Below are positions 23,001 to 35,000 of a DNA stretch of 44,471 nt, piece by piece (position 1 is the first letter of the stretch; every line of letters begins with the position of its first letter). This DNA is from an uncultured archaeon (GTDB taxonomy: Archaea > Aenigmatarchaeota > Aenigmatarchaeia > QMZP01). The notes beneath the pieces were generated by a model. The model was not told the origin of the DNA, ran no database searches, and worked only from the letters and a program-made list of their open reading frames with translations. The position numbers and the translations under genes were made by a program. The stretch is from NCBI GenBank assembly GCA_964501515.1, contig CAZCSS010000002.1, forward strand, positions 1 through 44,471, given 5' to 3'.

Positions 23001-26000
23001 TGGAAGTGTTGGTGTAGTTTGCTGTCACATTAAGGCCGAATGCTCCTTCCTGGCTTACATTGGGAGCCTGGAAGGAAAGGACCCAGTAGCCGTTAGAGGG
23101 GGAATACGTGCTGCTGTTGAGGGTTATTGGTATGCTTGTGGAACTGTTTGACATGATAACAGCAAATTCTACACCACCGGTTACTGGTTCTGTTGTGTAA
23201 TTCACATACGCTATGACATCTATCTGGTCGCTTGCATTAACGTTGATCTTGGGATTGCTGCTCGTCGGGCTGGTGACATTGACAAAATAGGGATGAACTG
23301 TCATGTTGACAAGGCTTATTCTCTCTGGTGGGTTGCCTGATGTGTTCTGAGTTTTTATGTATCCAGAATAGGTGTATTTGCTGTAAACCACGGGCGCACT
23401 GTAATTGACATAGAAATCATAATAATCATTCATCTCCACATCTACTGGTGTGTTATCATTGAACCAGGCATAGCCAAAACCGAATATATTGCCCCAGTAC
23501 GTAACACCCAGCCTGACGGGAGCGTTGCCTGTGTTATGAATCTCTATTGTTCCCAATTCCCCTGTTGTCCCCTGTATAACCTCTTTTGTGAGATTCTCAG
23601 GCAGCTGGGTCCATGAAATGTTCTGCGGTATTGTTAGGAAGAGTTCAATCCATGCAGAGACGTTCTCGGAACTGTTTGCCCGTATGGTAGTGTTATACGT
23701 GCCTGCGGGATATGTACCAGGGACAGATATTGTTATATTCACCGAGGCGTTCTGACCTGATTCCAGAACCGGCACCCAGTCAGGGGTAAGATGCACAGAA
23801 AAGTTCTCACAGAAATATGGTGTGCTGTTACCAGAATCATCGCACCACAGGGTTATGTTTGTTACATTAACATTGCCTGTTGACAGCAGGATGGTGGTGG
23901 CATTGGCCGTGGCATTGGCAGCAATAATGGTTGTTATGTTTTCATCAAGGAACTCCATTGCGGGATTGGAAAAGACATTCACCAGTATGCCGGTCAGATT
24001 GTAAGCAGTTGTATTGTCCATATTGGTCCAGTTGGCTGTTACATTAACAGTGTAATTGCCCGGGGCTGTTCCGTTTGCCACTGTTATCCTGCTCTGGTTC
24101 TGGCCTGATGTGTATTTAAGCAGGTCGCCGAAAAAGAAATAATCCGGCGAGGCGCTCCAGTTCAGGGGAAGTGTGATGTTGGAGGATATGTTGAACGCCC
24201 TTGCCCAGGCCGGAGTAATGTTTATAGCGATGTCAAAGCTCTCGCCCCAGTATATGGTTATGTTGGTTATGTTCACCTGCGTCACGTTCAGGATTATATC
24301 TATTGGTGTGCTGCTCGCGGCTGTTATTTCATAATACTGGGTACAGGAAAGCAGGCCCATGGTGTCATTTGCGCATATCCTGAGCATATGGGTTCCGTTT
24401 ATCTCTGAACTGTAGCTGGAAAGATATGTGGGCGCATATGTGTTGTTCATGTCAAAGGAAAGGTGGTTCTGGTCCTGGACAGAATAGCTCAGGTAGGTCA
24501 GGTAAGAGGCATTTGCGGGCGAACCGCTCTGATTCTGTATTGTAAGATTGATTGACTGATTGCCCGGGAGGATGAAACTTGTACCTGCCTGAACAGCGTC
24601 AATGGTGAAGTTCTGTCCGTCTGAAAGGGACTGGTTTTCAGCAAGTAGAAGACCATTTATTGTGAGGTTAAAGTACATCGCTGTCCCATTGATGTTCTGG
24701 ACTGTGATGTTGAAGAAGAGCATAGTGGTTGTATAGTTGGTGCCAATCTGCTCAGTGTAATTGAACCCCTGGTCAGGGTCAGTGGCGTTGTGAATGAGCT
24801 TTGACTCGTTGATGTAAAACGTATCATTGGGCCGAACAGCTTCCACCCATGCATGGGACACTACAAAATTGTCTGTTATGTTGGCGCTTATGTTGACCTG
24901 CTCATAATACATCTCAAAAATCATGGGATTGAAAACCACGTCAGTTATGTTTGGTGGTATGTCAGTGACATTAAGCCAGAAGTCCACTACTCTCTCCTGC
25001 GGCGTGGCACTGCTGTTCCTGGTAAGCAGCTGGACGTAATACATTCCTTCGGGCTGGCTTCCGGGAACAAGATAAGTGACATTCACTGTTTTGGAGAGTT
25101 GTTTGCCAAGTTCAAAATACTCATCGCTCAGGAAGACCAGCCCTGAACCATTCTGGGTTTTGTATATCCTGAATGCTATCTTGATGTTCCCTGTGTTGTT
25201 TACCTGTATTTTGCCCACTGTTCCGTTTGTGTTTATGGGCGCGAGGAATGTGCCGAATGTCGCGGGAGACTGGGTCCAGGTGCTGTTCACCGGGACAGAC
25301 ATATTTATTACAGCCTCGTCATATTCAGCATTGTCAGAAGTTGCCCTCATAAGAGTCCAGTATGTTCCCGGGTCCTGGCCGAGAGAGATGTTTGCGGTCA
25401 CATCAACCGTGAAGTTTGAACCGGCGTGCAGGTATCCCCAGTTTGTTGGAATGAGTATTATATTGCATGTCGGGCATTCAACACCGAAATTCCCCCCGAC
25501 AAGGGAGAGTTGTACGTTCTCCACAGCGTCATTCCCTGTGGCCCCCACGGTGAAGCTGCCCACATAGGTCTCCTCTCCGTTCGGGGTGACATTGTATATC
25601 ATTTCCTCTGTTATATTGAGTATTGGGTTCTCAGCCACAGGTAGATTGGTGACATTCTGGGTGGTGTTTACGGTTCTATCAGGGTTGGTCCATGTGGCAT
25701 TTACATAGAGTTTAATCAGTATTGGAGGTGTTCCGGCCGGAACCTCCACATGCAGGTCCCAGATACAGCTTGTGTTTGCTGACATGTTCCCGCACTCCTC
25801 GAAGGTGTCATTGATAATCAGGGTGTTGTTTGGGTCGTCAAAAGAGGTCAGATTCACGTAATACATATGCGCTGGGCCGGTGCTGGTGAAGTTTATCTCC
25901 ATATCGAATTCGAAGTTATCTGTCTGTGTTATTCCGTAAACAAGAATCTCTTCTGTCTGGTTTATCCAGCCGTAGGACTTGCCCCATACAGTGAAGTTGC

Positions 26001-29000
26001 CCGCAAACGTGGAGTTCATGTTGGATTCAGGCGGGCTGTCCCATGCATATATTGTGACATTATAGAGTCCTCCTATGGGCGGGAGATACTGGACCCTGTA
26101 TGTGGTGTCGGTGAAATTGGCCATGGTCAGGTTCACGACCGACTGGTTGGGCATGGTTATGGATGCTGTTACAGTGTCCACCGCAGTGTCGTCGGTTACA
26201 TCAGATGTTATATTGGTAGTGTTCAGCCAGGCCTCTATGCTGGTGTTGGGGACTATGGAAACGTTTGAGAATTCGGGCGGGTACACGTCACGGACAAATA
26301 TGAGCGCTGTGGCATTGTTTATATTGGCGCTGAGCTCCATGCTCTCGTTGTCTGTTATGTTGCAGATGAATGTGACATTCCCTTTCTGCGAGGGGGTGAA
26401 CTCCTGTGTCACATAACCTGTCTGGTTGGTGGGAAAGGTTCCCACATAGGTCCATTCCGTGTCATTGTACCAGACCTCCACTGGATAGTTCTCTATCGGA
26501 GTAAATGACTCGCCATCAAGCACGCGGCAGGTATAGTTGAAGGATAGCGGATATTCCATTATTGAGAGGTTCGGAGGAGATATCCAGTAGACATCAGCCA
26601 GTCCGCCCAGTTTCAGGGTGACGTAGTCGATTCCGTTGTCATAAAACTCCCTTGTGGCTTCGGCCTTGAATGTCCTGTTCCCTGTGCTCTGGTAGAGGAG
26701 ATATATTTGCGTGTCGTTCCCGCTGGCCAGCCAGTCAGTCTCATTGTACCAGTTCACTGTTGTGGTGGTGTTTATTCCCATCTCGTCATAGACCCATGCT
26801 GAGAAATTCTGGATGCTGTTCTTGCTCACAAAGGTGTTGTTCTCAGGTTTCACTATCTCCGTTGTCAGGACGCCTTTCACGGTAATGTTGGTCTTCACTG
26901 TTTCGGAATCCTCCAGGCCCGGCTTGGTGGCGTTTATGTATATCGTGTAGTTGTTCGGGACAGCGTCATCAACCGGGTTGTAGGGGGTGTCTATCGTGCA
27001 CCATCCTGTCCCGTTTGTGGTGCAGTTGCCTATCAGCCCTGTGGAATTGAAGAAGGACACATTTGCTCCTGAGGCATTCCCCACATTGGCATCGCGGACA
27101 TGAACTGTGATATTGGTCTCATACGGGGTGTAACTGTCATTCCTGTGTATGCTCTGGTTGCCAACCAGGATATCATCTATTATCAGGGGTCTGCTGACTA
27201 ATATCAGGCTGTATATTGCTGTAACAGAATCATTGTAGTAAAGCGTGGAGTTGTCTGTTATGTTGCATTTTATTTCATACCAGCCCGGGGTTTCCTGACC
27301 TGTTGCCCAGAGCCATGTGACATAGCCTGTCTGGTTGGTCTCGGTTGAGAGATTGAGCGTGTTGTTGTTGTACACATTAACCGTGTAATTCGCTATTGGC
27401 TGGTTGAGATTAAGGTCGCTGACATGGCAGGTTACGCTCACATTGGTGCCTGATATTACGTTGGTGTAGTTCTCCGGATAAATCAGGCCAAGCCCGCTCC
27501 AGCCATATATGTATATGCCTGTGGTGTTGTATCCGAAGTCATGATATGACAGCGTGGAGTTTATCTTTATGGTTTCAGGTCCGAGGGGATAATTATAGGA
27601 TATATTCCATGTGGAATTGTAGAAGCTTGCACTGGTTCCGTTTGTGGTGCTGATTACATCCCATGTCTGATTGAACCAGGTAACATTGGATGTGTTTATG
27701 AAGTTTGTGCAGTCATCGAGCACTGATATGTTCAGGTTATATGTCATGTTTCTGTTGAGAACCTCACCACCATAGGGGTGATATGGCTCAGTATAAAGCT
27801 GACCGTACACATCAAGGCTGGCCGGGCTTGTATTTATCATCTGATAGCAGGAGTCTGTGGAGCCGCCTATCCACTTCTGGACACCTGTCAGGGAGGAGCA
27901 GCTTGCATTGTAATACACCCTGCAGTACCCGCTGCTGGAATCACAGTCAAGGGAAACAGTGTAGTTGTTGTGGTCCTCTGTCACCCATACAGTCCCGTTC
28001 ACGCCATCAGGATAGGTATTCAGAAAGTCTGTATCCTGTATCCTGAACGTCAGGTTCGCATAATCATCTCCCAGCCTCCTGACCTCAGTGTCGCTTGTTT
28101 GCAGGGACACAGTCACATTGTCAGGCTGTATGTAAAGGATTCTCACGCCCGCTGTGTAGTTCAGGTAGACGTTATAAGCCGAGTAATCACCCCCTCCAGA
28201 ACCATTACTGACCGAGAGTATTACGGTCTGGTTCTTGGGGATGGTGTCGTCATCACTCGGCATATTGAAAGAGGCGCCTGCCTGAACAGCGTCAATGGTG
28301 AAGTTCTGGCCGTCTGAAAGGGAATGGTTTTCAGCTACAAGATAGCCATTCACTGATATGTTGAAGTGCATGGCAGAGCCCTTTTTGTTTTGCACGGTTA
28401 TGTTGAAGTAATCCATTATCCCGGACACTGATATGGTTTCTGTATGGACAAAACCATTGTCAAGCACAGCATATTCCAGATATGCTCTGTAGTTTGCGCC
28501 GAGCGGGGAACCTGAGTCCGTTCCTATCGAAAGGTTTATTGTCTGGTTTCCTGGCAGGGCAAAGGCCGCGCCTGCCTGAACAGCGTCAATGGTGAAGTTC
28601 TGGCCGTCTGAAAGGGATTGGTTTTCAGCAAGGAGAAGACTGTTCACTGTGAGGTTGAGGTACATGTCACCCCCGTTCAGATTCTCTATTGTGACATTGA
28701 AGAACTCCAGATAGCCGGATTCATTTATGTCCTCTGTGTAATTGAATCCTGTGTCCGGTGTGGCGGACGAATCGTGAATGAGTTCTGAGATGTTGAGAAT
28801 CGTGTAGTTACCCCCTCCGGAAGAATGGATTATTTTGTTGTTCACTACTGTTGTGTTTACAAATGGTTCTTCCTGCTGACTGGCTGTGGGGTCATAGTTA
28901 CTGTCATCCCAGTAGTTGAGATCGTCAGTGCTTCTGAGCTTGAAGTATCTCTTGCCTATGTCCGGGCAGGAGAATCTCTGCCAGAAAACCGGATTGTATA

Positions 29001-32000
29001 TGGTCTTTCCTGAATCATATGTATAGTTTATCAGGGTCCAGTTCTCCCTGTTCTCACTCATCCAGAGTGTTATGTTGTTGCTGTCGCCGTCGGGATCTAT
29101 CACCCTTGCGGTGAACTTATAGTATTCGCCCCAGCCCGCTGCCATGTCCCAGTAGGCAAACGGCAGGGACGGCTGCACCTGCTCTATCTTGAACTTGTCA
29201 ATGTAGGGCTCATAACCAACATGGAACGCATCAATCTTCATGGTGGTGTTTTCCCCGTAATACTGCTTCGCTGACTTCATTGTGGCATTGTACCACCCGG
29301 TGTAGTCTGCCCTCCATGTGCAGTTGTAATACCCCCCTCCCAGCTCGGTCTGGTTGGTGCATGTATATTGATTCCTCCCGCTTATTACCTTCCATGTTAT
29401 GGTGGCATTCTCCACGGGCCTGCAGTCGTCCTCCAGATAGCCATGCAGGGTTATATACTGGTTCAGCAGGTAACCTGTGCTGTTCGGAAGGAGTATAACA
29501 GGATTGAGATTGGACTTGAGAAGGACAAAATAGTCGCTTGAGTTCTGGTCCTTCCAGCACGAGTCTCCACGGGTTCCTCCCTTCCAGCGGAGTGTCCCCA
29601 CGGTATAATTGCAGTTTTGCCTGGGGGCGTCTGCTATGAAGTTGTATGTTATATGCCCTGTCCCGTTAGTAAAGGCGTCTGTTCCCTCGTCCCATGAATC
29701 CGGGTCAGAGGCGTTTGTGGTGGACCAGAAATGGGCATTCCTTCCGCCTGCAAGGGTGTCATTGCTGTCGTTATCAATAAGACGGAGTACAAGGGGGATA
29801 GAACCTGTTCCGTTCCTCCACACCTCGCTCATGTTGCCGAAAGAGTATTCCACCCTGATGTCGTCTTTCTCAAGCGTGAAATTGTGCGGATTTGTTTCAT
29901 CGATGTTGCTCCTTTTGTCTATGGCCTCAAAGTAGTATGACCAGTTGCCCAGTTCGCAGAACAGCTGGTTTCTCCACTCCAGGGCAATCTGCGTGTTGTT
30001 GGGCCCTGCCACCTCGGTTGTGTTCTGCAGGCTCCAGCTGGGCGCCTCGGGCTCCATGTCCTTCACATAAAGGTTAATTGTAACGTTGTCAAGGTCCTCG
30101 TCAGTGATATTCACGTAAAAAATCTGGGTCTCGTTCCATCCGACCGGGTCTTTCTGGGCGTATTCCCCGGAAAGCACGGGATTTGTGTATACGAAGAAAT
30201 GATAGTATGTGGCGTTTGTGGCATTGAAGTAGTACGTTCTTGATGTATTGACCTCGGTGTGATACCATCTTGCCAGCATGCCTGTAGTGTTCCTTGTGCA
30301 TTCGTACAGCCCTGCACCAAGGGGATCAACATAGCATTCATACTCTGTCTCGTTATTCTCATTAATAAGGTATGCGGTGGCAAGGTCGGCGTCTATTCCC
30401 ACGCCGCAGTCTGATTTCAGATTGAACTGTATTGTTGCGTTCTCCTCTCCCCTGGAATAGTTGTGGCCGATCTCAGGGGAGGTTATGAGAATCTCAAGGT
30501 TTCCGTATATGTTTAATTCGAGCTGCTCTGTCAGGTTGGCATTCTGATAGCACTGATCACTTATTCCGGCCTTCCATCTCTGTGGGCCTGTCCTGTAATA
30601 GGGATTTACATCGCATGAGGGATCAAAATAGTAGTTGGCATACCCCGAGCTGTTGGTCTGGGTGATGTTGCCGGCCTGCCAGGAATCCGGGTCACTGGAG
30701 TTCCATGTAACCCAGAATGTTATGTTATGGCCTGCTGGTACGGGTGCCCCAAGGTCATCATCCGTGGCGTTCACTATGAGAAGGGTTGTGTTGTATCCTG
30801 TTCTGGTCACGTTGCTCTCGTTCCCGAAGATATAGTATATTGATGCGTTCTGCGGCTCAATGGTATAGCCGGATTGCGCGGTGGTGTTGAAGTCATTCCC
30901 CAGGGTTCCGTCATCCAGCCAGAACTTATATTGATTGTCGCTTCCTATATCAGTGCAGTCAAATGTGGCCAGAAGAGAGCAGTTGCCCTGACCACCGTAG
31001 ACAATGGTTTCATTCTTGTATACCCAGGTGGACCCCCCGTCGGTTGATGTGTAGAGGATGCAGGTTACGTTGTCCTGCTGCTGGTCCCGGACCGATGTAT
31101 TGAAAGTGAATGTCATGGCCCACCCTTCTGCCGGCGGGTCAACACTGAAATTCCCAACTTCAGGGGGGGTGTTGTTCAGGAAGAACCTGTCCTCCCATAA
31201 GGTGGAGTTGGAGGAGTGATAAATCCTGCTCGTGTTTATCATTATATCCCACCACCCGCCTTCATGGAGGGATGTATCCAGGGTGTAATTATACCATCCG
31301 TTCCCCAGATCAAAGGGTGTGTATGATTCGGGTGAGCCCGTGGGGGATATGTAGGTTATGGTGGATGTGGTCTGGTTTACCATTGTCCCGCAGTCATCCG
31401 TCACATTGAATGTGGTGTTGACAGGATTCCCTACCGCGGTTTCATTCCCCTGTTCAGGAAGCTCGAGATAAACCCTGAGGGAGCCGTTTATGGTAAGGTT
31501 TATGGGGGTGCTGTTTGCATTTGCATAATAGCATTCATCGCCTGTGACACCTGCCTTCCACTCCTGGATGCCCGGCTTGTACTCGGGCGTGCAGTTTGGG
31601 TCAAAGTGCACAATCAGGTCACCGCTTGGATTAGTGGAGTTGAAGTGGCCGCTGTCCCAGCTTCCTGTCCCGCTTCCATTGACGGTTATCCATACTGTTC
31701 CGTTCACCCCGGAACCTACGGTGGTGTAACCATAATCCAGGTCAACAAAGTATGCGGTTATCTGCAGAGAATCCCCGCCCTCTCTGATTACAACCCTGTC
31801 AGGGGCGCAGGACCCTGATCCCGGATTGCAGTATGCCGCTGTTCTGTCCTTGAGCAGGTCAAAATTGTTGACAGTGGTTTCGTTGTAATCCCCCCACTTG
31901 TCAGTGACATCGATCATAAAGTAGTTGGTTCCTATATCAGGGCATGAGAAGTTGTGGGAAAAGGTTTCAAGAATCTCGTTGTCGCCATTGTATGTGGTGA

Positions 32001-35000
32001 AATTCCTGTTTTCCACGAGAACCCAGTTGTAGGGTGAGGTTGTATTGCTCCTCCAGAGGGTCAGGTTCAGAACATCATCAGTGGAGGTTTCATAATCCCT
32101 GACTCTGAGGCGGAAGGTATGGGTGGCTCCCCAGCCCTCTGAGGGTGAGGATGTCTTCCATACAGGAGAATCCCAGCGTATTTCAGGAGGAGTGGAGAAG
32201 TAAAAAGAATCGTTATCCACTGTGAGGCTGGAATCGTTGTAGTATGCCTTCTGGGCAATAGCAGTTGTGTTGTACCAGCCAATGCAGGAGGGAACAGGCC
32301 AGTTCTGTGTATCATAATCTGCAAATGTGCAGTTGTACCACCCTGCAGGACCCCCCTGATTGCCCTCATCAATATAGTTGGAGCATGTGTAACTGCACGG
32401 CCCCTCGGCCTTCAGGGTCATGGTAGCGTTTGTGACCGCGCCCGTGCCCTCGCTCTCGCAGTCATCGCTCACGTACATCCTCATTGTTATGTTGTCTATC
32501 CCTCTTCTGTAGTGCTCCCCGTCCGGGATTGTCATGTTAACATCCAGGGGGTCTGTCCATATCGTAAGATTCCATGTGTCAGACTGGTTGTCCAGATAGC
32601 ACTGGGAACCCACGGTCTCGGCCCTCCATGTCTGCGGCCCGACCGAGTATTTGGGACTGCACCCGGGATCAAATGTGTAATTGGCAAAGCCGCTTCCATC
32701 GGAATACCTGTATCCGCTGCTTATCTCTGAACTCCCCGGTCCGTTCTGGGTAACAAAGAACTCTGTCTGCTGCCCGGGGGTTTTGACATATTCATTCCTT
32801 CCAACATCAAAGAGCCTGACCACAAGTGTCTCGGAGCCGCTCGGCCTGTATATATAGGTATCGTTCCCATAGAAATGGTCTATCCGGACCTCTCCTTTTG
32901 TGAGCGTGAAGTTCTCTGTCGGGGTTTCGTCTGTGTCGCTCGGGCCTGGCGGGTCATCTGTAGCATTGAACTTGAACTCCCTGAGCGAGGTGTCATTGTT
33001 GCTGAGGTCATTGCAGCTGAAATCCCCTTTTGTGAATGTTATGGTGTTGGTAGTGTTGCAGTTGTAGCATTCGGCGTAGTAGTTCCCTCCAGGACCCAAA
33101 AGCGGAGAGCCCCAGCTGGTTTCACCGTATTCTCTCTGGTAGGCGTAAACCCTTACATCATCGCCGTCCTCATCGCTCACATTAACGCTGAAGTTGAAGT
33201 AGGATCCCCAGCCGCTGACGGTCGGGGTGACGCCCACCATTGTAAGGACCGGAACGGTTTCGAGCCAGAAGGAATTGTCCACATATGTGGTGTTGGCATT
33301 ATAGTAGGTTTTATTGGCTTTTACATAGAGGTCAAGCCAGCCTGCCCTGAGTTCGCTGCTGTTGAATGTGCAGTTGTATTTTCCGTTGCCCTCGTAATAG
33401 ACATTCTGGCAGTAGAATGTCTCACCTGTCTGATCGCTTACAGCGCTTATATTAAGATTAACGCCGGATATGTTATTTCCGCAGTTGTCTGTTATGGTTA
33501 TGTTTATGGTGACATTGTCGCCTTTATAATAACTAGTGTCTCCTACAGGACCTGTTACATTAATGTTGAGGTCGTCCATGATTATTATGGTGAGGTTTTC
33601 AGGTGTGTTTTCAGGGTCATAGTAGTTGTCGGTTGTTCCTGCAAACCAGAGCTGGGGACCGACTGAATAAGAGCAGTTGGGGTCAAAGAACACATTGGCA
33701 TAGCCGGTTGCATTGGTTGCTGTGAGGTTGCCCTGGTCATGGCCGGATTCGTTGAAATAAACCCAGAATGTGACATTCACTCCGGAGGGAAACCAGTTGC
33801 CCTGGGAGGCGTTGTCAGTGTCGTTCACTCTTACTGCAAGAAGTTCCGAGTCTCCTGATATGTTGACCTTGGTGTTGTTCTGTGTTATGAACTCCAGGGT
33901 TACGTTTGAGGGTTCAAGGTGGGGGCCGGAGACGTTGGAGGTGTTGTAGTAATTGGAGGGTTCTCCGTTCTGGATGAAGAATTTGAATACATTGTCTCCT
34001 ATGTCTTCTCCTGTGAAGTCGTGGATAGTAACAGAGCATTGCTGGTTGTTTATTCCGTTGGGGTCGTAAAGCGTTTGCATTCCCTTGTAGGTCCAGCCCT
34101 GACCGTTGTATTTGTCTATGTAGAGGGAGCAGTTTATTCTGTCAGAGTCAGGGTCTGTTATGTTCACGGTGTAGGTGTATTCTCTTGTCCAGCCGTCGCT
34201 TGCCGGGGTGACTGACATGTCAGAGTAGGTGGCGTTGAGATTTTCCAGCCAGAACCACTGGGAAAAGAAGGTGTTGTTGTCATTAAGGTAGGTTTTTGAG
34301 GCATTGATCTGGATTCCCCAGTAGCCTTCCCTCTGGTCAGAGGAGTCCCAGGTGCAGTTGTACCAGCCCTCTCTGGAGCCGGTCTCGTTTATCACCGGCT
34401 CGCAGGTGAGCCAGGATGTGTTCGGGGAGAGGAGCTGTATGGTTATGTAGGTCTGGTTCTGGAGGCCCTCCTGGGCGGGGCAGTCTGTTGTGATGTTGAG
34501 GGAGATGTTGATCTGGTCTGTTACGTTGTATGTGTCCCCCTGGACAGGGGAGTAGAGGTTTAGCTTGAGCTGACCGATTACATGGATGGGGGATTCCGAA
34601 GAGTTTCTCGGGCTGTAGCATTTGTCATTGTATATTCCTGCCAGCCATTTCTGGTTTCCGTATCTGTGGTCGCACCCCGGGTTGAAAGAGTATCGGAGCA
34701 TGCCCGAGAAGTCGGTCTGGTTGGTGTACGAAGTGTTGTATTCACTTCCGTTGGTGGTGACATAGAAGGTCCCGTTCACGCCGCTGCTTACATTAACATC
34801 AGCACCCCTGTCAGTGTCATTCACCTGAACAGAAAGTATCTGGATGATATTGCCCTCCCTGTTGATATCAGTATCATACCCGTCCACAACGGTCAGAGAG
34901 ACATTGTCACTGACTATGGTGAAGTTGAAGGGATAGGTTTCATCGGTGAAGTTCCACTGGTCTGATGCATTGAACTTGAACGAACTGTTCTCTCCCGTGG

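Noticed and set aside
24584-28632. Short near-identical repeats that might suggest a CRISPR-like or REP-like element.
   Set aside because: There are only three copies at irregular spacing (about 0.3 kb and about 3.7 kb). All are in frame inside a CDS and encode the same peptide, and they have no palindromic repeat structure. They are domain-level protein repeats.
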